NCBI GenBank assembly: GCA_000092065.1
Contig: CP000582.1
Direction: 5' to 3' (one strand)
DNA from: Ostreococcus lucimarinus
Lineage: Eukaryota
DNA: 64,000 nt
Shown here: one piece after another, positions 1 to 8,430 of the stretch
Numbering within the stretch: position 1 is the stretch's first letter
Layout: the number at the start of each line of letters is the position of its first letter
Notes under the pieces: generated by a model
Seen by the model: only the letters and a program-made list of their open reading frames with translations
Databases searched by the model: none
Told to the model about the DNA's origin: nothing
Position numbers and translations under genes: made by a program

Positions 1-273
1 GCCCGCGACGCCGGCGCACAGATTCGTCGCCGCGCCGCACAATTCGTACAGCGTAAACATCGTCGCCACCTCCATCGCCTCGAACCCTCGCGCGTACGCG
101 TGCATGAGCACCAGCATCCGCACCGCGCCGTCCGTCATCGTAAACAGAACGTATGAGATGGAGATCACCGCGAACGGACCCAGGAACGTTTTCTTCGCCT
201 CGCGCGCCGCTCGTCCGTCGTCCATCGCGCGCGCGCGCGTCGCCGATGCGGCGTCCGGTCGGCCGTCCGCCAT
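1..273 (-). CDS. 5' end of a membrane-protein gene, transporter-like (partial; continues beyond window start)
   Basis: Reverse-strand translation from ATG (CAT at 271-273) reads MADGRPDAASATRARAMDDGRAAREAKKTFLGPFAVISISYVLFTMTDGAVRMLVLMHAYARGFEAMEVATMFTLYELCGAATNLCAGVAG, with hydrophobic helices after a short polar N-terminus. Runs off the window edge so it is absent from the ORF track. Family not identified. Confidence 0.35.
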   Translation of the reverse strand, partial: MADGRPDAASATRARAMDDGRAAREAKKTFLGPFAVISISYVLFTMTDGAVRMLVLMHAYARGFEAMEVATMFTLYELCGAATNLCAGVAG

Positions 274-483
274 CGTCCGCGAAACGTCCTCGCGCGGCCA
301 GCGATCGCGCGTTTCCGGCGCGCGCGCGCGAGCGAGAAATCACCGCCCGCGCGCCCGCGCGCCGCGCGACGCGCGCGTCGAGCGCGCGTCCCGCGCGATT
401 CCGGCGCGCGTCGAGAGGTGAGGAATATTCCCGTCGAACTTCGTAACGACTCGAATCGTCACATCGCGACGACTTCTCGAGGC

Positions 484-1878
484 ATGCCGCGCGTGCGCGC
501 GCTCGCGGACGCGCGCGATCTGACGAATAAAATCGTTCTCGTCCGCGTCGATCACAACTGCGTGAAGCGCGGCGTCGTGCGCGACGTGCACAGGATCGAA
601 CAGTCGCTGCCGACGCTGTACAACATCGTCGAGCGCGGCGGACGACCGATCCTGATGACGCACGTCAATCGACCGCGAAGCGCGAAGACGGGGGAGATCG
701 CGCGCGATGACGACGAGGACGGCGTGGCGGCGATCGTGGACGTGCTGCGGATGAAACTGGGGGTGACGTTCGCGGCGCCGAGCTTTCGAAGCGACGGCGC
801 GCGAGGGATACGAAGCGTGGACACGAGCGTGAACTTCTTGCTGGACGATCTGCGAGCGCGGAGGATCGGAGGGATATACCTGCCGAACACGCGGTGGTTC
901 GAGGGCGAAGAGGCGGGAGAGGGGACGGAGGCGTACGAGGCGCTGGCGAGACAGCTGGCGGGGTTGGCGGACGTGTACGTGAACGACGCGTTCGGGTCGT
1001 GGCAGGCGCACGCGTCGACGGTTGGGATCACGAAATACTTGCCGAGTTACGCCGGGTTGTTGATGCAGAAGGAGCTGCGCGCGGTGGAGGCGGTGCTGAA
1101 TCCGAAGCGACCGTTCGTCGCCGTCGTGGCGGGGGCCAAGGTGGACACGAAGCTCGGAACGCTCAAGGCGGTGGCGGCGCGGTGCGATTCGTTGATTCTC
1201 GGTGGAGTGGTTTATAACGCGTATTTATGCGCAAAGTATGACATCGAGGTCGAAGGCGTGAGCGAGGGGGACGTGGAGCTGGCGAGGGAGCTTCTGTCGC
1301 CCGAGGCGCAGGCGAAAATCATCGAGCTCCCGGTGGTTGTGGAATCCACGTCGCTCAAAGGGTGCGGTTGCATCCCTAAAGAGGGCGAGTGCGGAGACCC
1401 GAAAGAAACGCTAGGGGCCACGCGCGCGCTTCGAGTGAGCGATCTCCAGCGCGGGGCTAGTTACGGATACTTTCTCGACGTCGCCGCGAGTTCGTTTGAA
1501 GACGAAAAGGTGAAAAACGCTCTGCACGGAGCAAAGTGTATCTTCGTCAACGCCGTCATGGGGTTCACATCCAGTGGATTTCACGAAGGCACGACCGCGC
1601 TGGATCACGCCATCGCGGCGAATAAGGGCGCGCGTAAATATTTTGGCGGCGGCGACACGATTCAAGAGTTCAAGTCGCTCACGCCCGCGCTGTACTTATC
1701 TGCCGCCGTAGACCCGACGTTTTACTTATTCACCGGTGGTGGTACCGTGCTCAGAGCGTTAGAGTTGGGTGGCGCCGAAAAATTGGAAACTGTGCAGTGT
1801 CTCATGGCGGATGACGACGAGGAGATTGAGCCGCACGCCGAACCAAAGTGCATGCGATTCGCCGATTGCGCGTGTTAG
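484..1878 (+). CDS. phosphoglycerate kinase family protein, divergent
   Basis: Track ORF 418..1878 begins at GTG; first ATG is 484. Collinear with PGK: IVLVRVDHN vs RVFIRVDFN; ADVYVNDAFGSWQAHAST vs ADVYINDAFGTAHRAHSS; RPFVAVVAGAKVDTK vs RPFLAILGGAKVADK; GGGDT and TGGG present. In the canonical 3-PG-binding motif GTAHRAH the His and Arg are replaced (SWQAHA). Confidence 0.8.
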   Translation: MPRVRALADARDLTNKIVLVRVDHNCVKRGVVRDVHRIEQSLPTLYNIVERGGRPILMTHVNRPRSAKTGEIARDDDEDGVAAIVDVLRMKLGVTFAAPSFRSDGARGIRSVDTSVNFLLDDLRARRIGGIYLPNTRWFEGEEAGEGTEAYEALARQLAGLADVYVNDAFGSWQAHASTVGITKYLPSYAGLLMQKELRAVEAVLNPKRPFVAVVAGAKVDTKLGTLKAVAARCDSLILGGVVYNAYLCAKYDIEVEGVSEGDVELARELLSPEAQAKIIELPVVVESTSLKGCGCIPKEGECGDPKETLGATRALRVSDLQRGASYGYFLDVAASSFEDEKVKNALHGAKCIFVNAVMGFTSSGFHEGTTALDHAIAANKGARKYFGGGDTIQEFKSLTPALYLSAAVDPTFYLFTGGGTVLRALELGGAEKLETVQCLMADDDEEIEPHAEPKCMRFADCAC

Positions 1879-1961
1879 AGACGCTCATTCGTGTAATAAA
1901 TAGTATTCATATTGAAATTCTTCGAAGGTTCGCTACGTCTAAACCGACGAGTAGCGCTTTC

Positions 1962-3026
1962 TTACAACGACGCGGCGACCATTTTCACGCAGTCGACCAT
2001 GCGACAGCTGTAGCCGTACTCGTTGTCGTACCAAACGTAAAGCTTCAAGTGCGTGCCGTCGACGACCATCGTGGACTGCGCGTCGACAATGCCCGATCGC
2101 GGATCGTTGACGAAATCCGTGGACACGAGAGGTTGTTCTTCGTAACCCATGATGCCGACCAAAGGTCCTTCCTCGGATTTCGCCTTGAGCAAGGCGTTCA
2201 CCTCTTCCACCGTCACCGCGCGCTTGGTCTCGAGAACGATATCCGTCAGAGACCCGTTGATGAGCGGCACGCGCACCGCGAGTCCGTTCAATTTACCCTT
2301 GAGTTCCGGAATGATGAGCTGCACCGCCGTGGCGCTCCCCGTGGACGTCGGCGCCAAGTTTACCAACCCGCTCCTCGCCCGTCTCAAATCATCCTTCTTC
2401 GTGTTCGGCGCGTCCACCATCGACTGCGTGTTCGTCACGTTATGCACCGTCGTTATGCTTCCCCGATGCACCCCGATCTCCTTATGAATCGTGTAAATCA
2501 CCGGCGCGATGCAATTCGTCGTGCACGACGCCGCCGTCACCACTCGATGCTTCTCCGCGTCGTACTCCCCGTGATTCACCCCGTACACCACGTTCAGCGC
2601 CCCCTCGCACTTCACCGGCGCCGACACCACCACCTTCTTCACCACCCCCCCGTGTTTCTCGCCGAAATACGCGCTCTCGAGCTTTTTCATCTTCAAAAAC
2701 GCCCCCGTGCACTCCATCACCACCTCGCACCCCGCGCTCGACCACGGCGCGTCCTCCGGATCCTCGCACGCGCTGAACCCGATCCTGCGCTCCTCCCCGG
2801 CGTCCCCGACGACCAAACACCGCGCGCCCTCGTCGTACCGCAGCGTTTTCGTCCATCGTCCGTGCACCGAGTCGAACTCGCCGAGGTACGCGCACGACGC
2901 CCCCGACCCGGGCGTCTCGTTCACGTGCACCACCTCGAGCGTCGGGTCGTCATACGCCACGCGAAACGCCAGCCGACCGATGCGACCGAAGCCGTTTATC
3001 CCCACTCTCGTCCTCGCGCGCGGCAT
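1962..3026 (-). CDS. GAPDH: glyceraldehyde-3-phosphate dehydrogenase
   Basis: 354-aa C-terminal part of track ORF 1962..4247, starting MPRARTRVGINGFGRIGR (CAT verified at 3024-3026). Has the catalytic ASCTTNCIAP, SITTVHNVT and WYDNEYGYS motifs. The R-rich upstream extension of the ORF is a GC artefact. Stop TAA verified at 1962-1964. Confidence 0.9.
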   Translation of the reverse strand: MPRARTRVGINGFGRIGRLAFRVAYDDPTLEVVHVNETPGSGASCAYLGEFDSVHGRWTKTLRYDEGARCLVVGDAGEERRIGFSACEDPEDAPWSSAGCEVVMECTGAFLKMKKLESAYFGEKHGGVVKKVVVSAPVKCEGALNVVYGVNHGEYDAEKHRVVTAASCTTNCIAPVIYTIHKEIGVHRGSITTVHNVTNTQSMVDAPNTKKDDLRRARSGLVNLAPTSTGSATAVQLIIPELKGKLNGLAVRVPLINGSLTDIVLETKRAVTVEEVNALLKAKSEEGPLVGIMGYEEQPLVSTDFVNDPRSGIVDAQSTMVVDGTHLKLYVWYDNEYGYSCRMVDCVKMVAASL

Positions 3027-3404
3027 CGTCGCGCGTCGCGCGTCGACGTCGTCGATCGATCGCGCGCGTTCGAGTGACGATTGGAATATTCCGCCGTCGC
3101 GCGCGATCGACGCCTCGACGCGGTCGTCGATCGACGAGTCGAGGTTCGACGAGATCGATCGATCGACGCGACGCGGTTCGAGCGCGCGCGCGTCGGCCCT
3201 GGATGTCTGAAACGAGACTCGGTTCACACACGGATTTCGGGACGACGCATCGCCATCCGGTCGCGGTCGACGCGGCGCGCGCGCGCGACGCGCGCGCGAG
3301 ACGCGCGCGCGCATCGCGAGCGGCGCGCGAGCGAGGCGCACGCGAGGCACGCGCGCGCGAGATCGACGCGGTCGAGCGCGACGGGAAACGCGCGCGCGAA
3401 GGCG

Positions 3405-4190
3405 ATGATGTCGACGACGCTGGGGCGATCGGTGGTGGCGACGACGACGCGACGCGGCGACGCGGCGCGAGCGCGGGCGAAGAAGAAACGGAGCGGCGGC
3501 GGACGGTCGGGGAACGATGATTACGCGCAGGATTTCGCGCTGTATGGGTCGTTCGATGAGTCGTACACCGAGGGCGCGGGGTTGTTGCTCGGGAAGGGGG
3601 AGCTGCGGTCGAGCGGGACGCGCGCGAAGGGGCGGTCGGGAGCGGGATACGACGCCGTCGCGGGCGTGCTCGACGCGCTGGCGGAGGTGAAGAGTGAGAG
3701 GAAGTCGCGGGGGGGAGGAGGGAGGCGCTACGATGCGTATGGGGATGATGACGAGGACGCGGCGGACGAGGGCGCGGCGGCGGACGGGACGGCGGCGGGC
3801 GAGGGCGAAGACTTTGACGCGGAATCCGCGCCGAAGGCGAAGGCTCGACCGGTGCGATCGGCGCCCGCGATGGCGGCGCGACCGGTGCCGACGCAACCGC
3901 AAGCGCCGAGACCGAAACCGAAGGTTGTGGTGAAACCGAAGAAACCGGCGCCGGCGGCGACGATGGATCCGGCGCAGACCAAGGCCAAGGCGAGCCAAAC
4001 TTTGAGCAAGTGGGGTTTCTCCGCGAGCGACGTGGAGACGGCGATCGAGGCGACGAGCGCGAGCGCTGGCGACGGCGCGACGGCGAAAAAACGGCAAATT
4101 GCCGCGCTCGATTGGATGTTGGCGAATTTGCCCATCGACGACGTGCCGGATGAATATAAATTGGAGGCGCAACAGGCTCAATCCGCGTGA
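3405..4190 (+). CDS. hypothetical protein with C-terminal UBA-like domain
   Basis: Inside track ORF 3081..4190. First plausible ATG is 3405 (MMSTTLG), after the GAPDH start on the other strand. Low-complexity G/A/D-rich middle, K/P-rich stretch, C-terminal LSKWGFSASDVETAIEATS...AALDWMLANL resembling a UBA/CUE fold. Confidence 0.45.
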   Translation: MMSTTLGRSVVATTTRRGDAARARAKKKRSGGGRSGNDDYAQDFALYGSFDESYTEGAGLLLGKGELRSSGTRAKGRSGAGYDAVAGVLDALAEVKSERKSRGGGGRRYDAYGDDDEDAADEGAAADGTAAGEGEDFDAESAPKAKARPVRSAPAMAARPVPTQPQAPRPKPKVVVKPKKPAPAATMDPAQTKAKASQTLSKWGFSASDVETAIEATSASAGDGATAKKRQIAALDWMLANLPIDDVPDEYKLEAQQAQSA

Positions 4191-4262
4191 TTCAATCGAT
4201 CGATTCTTTTGTAATACAGAGTACGAACAAGCAGTAGAAAACAACAAACGTTTCGACGAATT

Positions 4263-5683
4263 TTAAAACTCGCGATCGGGGAAAAGCGCTGGGGCGATGA
4301 GGCACCACAGGTAAATCGCGCCCGTCGCCCAGACGCTAAAGAATTTCACCCACACGCTCGCCCAGCCGCTGCCGATCGCTTCGGTGTCGTCCTCGTGTCT
4401 GGTGCCCCAACCCGTGAGTAACATTGACGTGTACATCGCGGCTAGGGCAAACATCAAATGGAAAAAGCTATAGTTGTACTTGACTGGACCGGAAGCGTCG
4501 CCTTCGCTCGCTTCCTCTTCGTCGCCGTCGTTGAGCGCCTCGCGAAGCTCGCTCTGAAAACTCTCGTCGACTTCCATGTCCCAAAAGTTGCTCTCCCCGG
4601 CGCGCATGGCGGCGTACACCACCGAGACGAGCGTAAACGCGGTCGTGACTAAGTTTGCCGGTTTCTTCAACTCCTCGTTGGCGTCGATGAAAGAGCGCGG
4701 ACGACAGGCGTACGTCGACGGTTCCGAAGTCAAAGCCGAGTAGCACAAGTACGTGCAGTACAGCGTCACGGCCGCGGACGGTAACAAGCACCCCTCACGC
4801 GCGGCCGGGTGAAGCGTGATGACCGTCAAGACGACGCACAAAACCACCGTGCAAGTAATCATCGCGATGTTTCGATGACACTCTCGATTCGGGGCGTACG
4901 ACTCGTACATCTCCACAAACAACGCCACAGACGTCGCGTACATCGCGAGCGTCGACACCAACAGCCCCGCGACCCAACCCCAATGCTCACCGCTCGCCCA
5001 GGATTCGTTCCACGCGAACGCAAAGTCCAAGACGATGATCATCTGAATCACCAAGAAGAGCCCCGATCCCAGTCGCGCCGCCGCCGCGTACGCCTCCATT
5101 CCCTCATCCGTCGCCCACAGAAAGAAGAACGCGTGCAGCGCGACGAACGCCAGCACCTTCAACATCCAATTCCCTCGATGCAACGCCTTATCGCGAAAAT
5201 CGGAACGATCTTTCGTCCCGATCAACGCCGCGCTCATCGCGAAGAAGAACGTCGACGTCGCGCACGACGCTCGATACACCGCCTGCGTCTTAAACCACGC
5301 CGCGCTCGCGCGTCCGTTCGCCCCGATCCCTGCGCGCGCATCCCACGTTCGATCGTTCGCATCGTCAGTCGCGCGTCACTTTGCGTCGCGCGCGTCCGCG
5401 CCGTTCCCGTCGTCTCGCCGCGCCGAATCTCAATCCAAATCCGTTCCCCTCGCGCCTCGCCTCGCCTCGCCTCGCCGCCGCACGCACAGCTCAACCGCTC
5501 GAGCGCCGTCTCGGAGCCGTAATCGCGCAGCGCCCACTTCAGCGCGACCGCGCACGCGAACATCGCCGCGTGCGTCGCGCGCGCGGGCGGCGACTTTGGC
5601 ATCGCCGCGCACACCGACGACCCGACGCACGACCCCAGGCACGACATCGCGGGCGTCGCGACGCACGCGAGGAGCGATGCCAT
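4263..5683 (-). CDS. serine incorporator (Serinc/TDE1/TMS) family membrane protein; two exons
   Basis: Exon 2 is complement(4263..5329), track ORF 4263..5279, which begins at GTG and aligns to Serinc only from the third TM helix onward (LVIQMIIVLDFAFAWNESW; FFHLMFALAAMYTSMLLTGW; WVKFFSVWATGAIYLWCLIAPAL). The missing Cys-rich N-terminus MASLLACVATPAMSCLGSCVGSSVCAAMPKSPP...ALERLS is in another reverse frame at complement(5488..5683), ATG verified at 5681-5683. Intron complement(5330..5487): donor GTGCGT, branch GCGACTGACGA, acceptor CAG. Phase 1, junction codon TGG. Confidence 0.75.
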
Positions 5684-5806
5684 CGCGCGCGCGTCGACGC
5701 GCGACGCGCGCGCGACGGCCGCGTCGCGCGAAGCGACGTAAAGTGACGCGTCGATTCGTCTCAACGCTAACCGTCGCGTCAGAGCGCGACGACGCGCGCG
5801 CGACGG

Positions 5807-6901
5807 ATGTCGACGCTCGACGCGCTCGAGCGATGCGCGAGAGAAACGCGCGAGTACGTCGGCGCGCGCGTGACGCGCGCGACGTCGCCGCCGAGCGCGC
5901 TGGCGTTCGCGATGGCGCACATCGCGGCGAACGTGCCGCTGTTGACGGCGAACGCGACGACGCACTGGCGCGCGCACGACGCGTGGCGCGCGAACGAGGG
6001 CGTGATGGAGGATTTCGGAGGCCCCGATGCGGTCGTCGAGGTGAACGCGACGCCGAACGGGCGAGGAGACGCGGTGCACAGGGTGGAGAAAGATGGCTGG
6101 GCGCGACTCGGGACGGGGACGCGGTGCGAGACGACGGGACGAGGCGAGACGCGCGACGCGTTCGACGCGTTCGTGGAGCCGGCGAAGAGGGAAATGACGA
6201 TAAAGGAATTGTTTGAATCGCTCGAGGACGGCGCGGGGACGGGGACGGCGTGGTATCTGTCGGGGCAGAACGATAATTTGAGGTCGAGCGAAGCGTTGGC
6301 GCGCGCGGGCGCGCGAAACGACTTCGACGTCCCGTTCGCTCGCGAAGCGTTCGCGAGCGTGGGGAAAGCCGGTCGTGACGGTTTAGGGGAGGCAGTGAAC
6401 CTGTGGATCGGGAACGATGCGTCGCAGACGTCGTATCATCAGGATTTCTATGAGAATATTTACACCGTCGTGCGCGGGACGAAGGTCTTCTCGCTTCGAC
6501 CGCCGTGCGACGTGTTCGACATGCGCGCGACGGAAGCGGTTCGCGGCGTGTTCGAAACCGACGACGCGCTCTCATGGCGAATTAAACTCCGTCCTTCGTT
6601 CGAACCGCGCGTTGTCTGGAGCGCGGTGGACCTCGATCCAGTCACGGGCGAGCCGATTTTCGGCGACGACGACGCGTTACGATACCGTCGACCGCGTCCC
6701 GAACCGTGCTTCGACGTCGAAGTGCGCGCGGGCGAAACACTCTACATCCCCGCGATGTGGTTCCATCGCGTGCGTCAAAAAGGGATCGCGATCGCGGTGA
6801 ATTCGTGGTTTGACATGCATTTCGGCGACCGATACGCGACGCGTCCGCTGTGGGAGCCGTCGCGACGCTCCATGTCAAGTTCTAGCGTAACTCTAGCGTA
6901 A
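5807..6901 (+). CDS. JmjC-domain (cupin) protein, JMJD7-like
   Basis: ATG verified at 5807. JmjC signatures: WYLSGQND, NLWIGNDASQTSYHQDFYENIYTVVRGTKVFSLRPP, GETLYIPAMWFHRV. Confidence 0.8.
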   Translation: MSTLDALERCARETREYVGARVTRATSPPSALAFAMAHIAANVPLLTANATTHWRAHDAWRANEGVMEDFGGPDAVVEVNATPNGRGDAVHRVEKDGWARLGTGTRCETTGRGETRDAFDAFVEPAKREMTIKELFESLEDGAGTGTAWYLSGQNDNLRSSEALARAGARNDFDVPFAREAFASVGKAGRDGLGEAVNLWIGNDASQTSYHQDFYENIYTVVRGTKVFSLRPPCDVFDMRATEAVRGVFETDDALSWRIKLRPSFEPRVVWSAVDLDPVTGEPIFGDDDALRYRRPRPEPCFDVEVRAGETLYIPAMWFHRVRQKGIAIAVNSWFDMHFGDRYATRPLWEPSRRSMSSSSVTLA

Positions 6902-6924
6902 CTCTAGCGTAACTCTAGCGTAAC
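6881..6924. repeat. 4 x 11-bp tandem repeat TCTAGCGTAAC
   Basis: Perfect direct repeat read from the sequence. Each unit carries TAG and TAA. The JmjC stop codon (TAA, 6899-6901) lies inside copy 2. Unit length 11 is not a multiple of 3, so stops occur in all forward frames. Confidence 0.9.
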
Positions 6925-7018
6925 TCCGAACTCCACACCGCGCCTCGTCGGCGTCGCTCGTGAGACGGTAGACGGACGGACGTAGCGACGCACCTCGCGT
7001 CGTCGCTCGCGAGCGACG

Positions 7019-8389
7019 ATGCGTCCGAGCGATGCGTCGGCACGTCGAAATCCGTGCGGGACGCGCAAGATGCCATCGGGACAAACACGAGAACGTTCGC
7101 GACGAGACACGCGCGCACGCGCGGCGAATAAGGCGAAGAAAGCGGTGGGTGAGAGAACGTTTGTCATAGAACCGTTTCACGCCATCGTGGGGGATCGAAA
7201 CGGGCGACGGGCGTTGAGACATAGAGATTTTGAAGAGGTGCAGCGCGTGGACGCGCGAGGGAGCGGCGGCGTGGACGCGCTACGCGAGGCGCTCGAGCGC
7301 GAAAAGCGCGCGCACGCGAAAATCAAAGCTGAACTTAGCGAATTAGAATCGCACTACGCGAGTGACTTGGAAATACGCGCGATGAAGACGAAAAAATTGC
7401 GGTTGAAGGATGCGGTGGCGGCGCTCGAGCGAGACGTGCGGCGCGCTGAATCGTCCGAGGCACTCGGCGCGGGCTCGTACGGGAAAGTTTGGAAGGCGAG
7501 AGATTCAAAAACGGGTGCTGAGGTGGCGGTGAAGATCGAACCGGTCGATGATAGTGCGAACGGTGTGGCGAGTGCGCTTGGGCGAGAGTTTGAGTTGATG
7601 CGTCGAGTCAAAGCTTCCGATCCGCGATGTTTTCCCACGCCGTTGTTTTTCGGGGAACAAAGCGTCATGGGCAAACGTTCGCGAGTGTTGGTCATGGATT
7701 TGCTCGGCTCTAGTTTAGAAGACATCTCACAAAGCGTGATGCTTGGCACTGGATTTACGCGAGTGACGACGGCGCGGATCGCGAAGCGGCTGTTTACGGC
7801 GCTCGAAGCGATGCAGCGAGTCAGCGTCGTTCACGGCGACATCAAGCCGGACAACTTGTGCACAGAAGTCCAAGCGAACGACGGCAAGAAAAGGAATGGA
7901 ATTCTCCTCGTCGACTTTGGAGAAGCCGTGATTTTCGACGACCCATCGTACTCGCCGCGCATTCATGAGGAAGTCCCTCGGCATCTTTGGCGCGGCACGT
8001 GGCTCTTCAGCAGCGCCAACGTCGACGGCGGCTCTGCTCTCGCCCCTCGTGACGATTTGGAGAGCGCCATCTTCACCCTCGCCTACCTGCGCACTGGTCG
8101 TTTACCATGGACCCACGTCATCGATGATTTCGGCGACACCGAGCTCGACGTGCGAGTTTTAGCTCCAATCAAGCGCGCCGTCGATTCCGGCGCCGCGTTG
8201 CTCTCGCCTCGCGGCGCCGAAGCCCCGGCGCCCGAATGCGACGACGCCGACGTCGTCTTCTTCCACCGCGTACTCACCCACGCTCGCGGTTTAGCCATAG
8301 AAGATCTTCCCGATTACCAGTTTTTGCAGCGATGCGTCCAGGATTGGCGGGACGCTTTGGACGCGCCGTACGACTGGCAACGGCGCTGA
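7019..8389 (+). CDS. casein-kinase-I-like Ser/Thr protein kinase with N-terminal coiled coil
   Basis: LGAGSYGKVWKARDSKTGAEVAVKIE (Gly loop, VAVK), HGDIKPDNL, LVDFGEA, PRDDLESAIFTLAYL (CK1-like substrate lobe). About 120 aa of coiled-coil/basic N-terminus. Stop TGA verified at 8387-8389. Confidence 0.8.
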   Translation: MRPSDASARRNPCGTRKMPSGQTRERSRRDTRARAANKAKKAVGERTFVIEPFHAIVGDRNGRRALRHRDFEEVQRVDARGSGGVDALREALEREKRAHAKIKAELSELESHYASDLEIRAMKTKKLRLKDAVAALERDVRRAESSEALGAGSYGKVWKARDSKTGAEVAVKIEPVDDSANGVASALGREFELMRRVKASDPRCFPTPLFFGEQSVMGKRSRVLVMDLLGSSLEDISQSVMLGTGFTRVTTARIAKRLFTALEAMQRVSVVHGDIKPDNLCTEVQANDGKKRNGILLVDFGEAVIFDDPSYSPRIHEEVPRHLWRGTWLFSSANVDGGSALAPRDDLESAIFTLAYLRTGRLPWTHVIDDFGDTELDVRVLAPIKRAVDSGAALLSPRGAEAPAPECDDADVVFFHRVLTHARGLAIEDLPDYQFLQRCVQDWRDALDAPYDWQRR

Positions 8390-8430
8390 GATTTTTGGAA
8401 TGCAAACGACCAACCTCATTGTCGCGCGCC

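Noticed and set aside
3027-4247. N-terminal 407-aa extension of the GAPDH ORF (761-aa track ORF)
   Set aside because: Arg/Ala/Pro-rich low-complexity reading of GC-rich DNA with no GAPDH homology. It overlaps the plus-strand UBA-protein gene. Canonical GAPDH starts at MPRARTRVGINGFGRIGR.
5430-6575. 381-aa reverse-strand ORF and similar long Arg-rich ORFs (5234..6079 outside the Serinc exon, 12629..13651, 13009..13686, 22329..23024, 28835..29698, 33267..33962, 40086..41378, 48294..49226)
   Set aside because: Monotonous R/A/P/S composition, antisense or out of frame to well-supported genes, no motifs. Expected artefacts of high GC (few stop codons) rather than genes.
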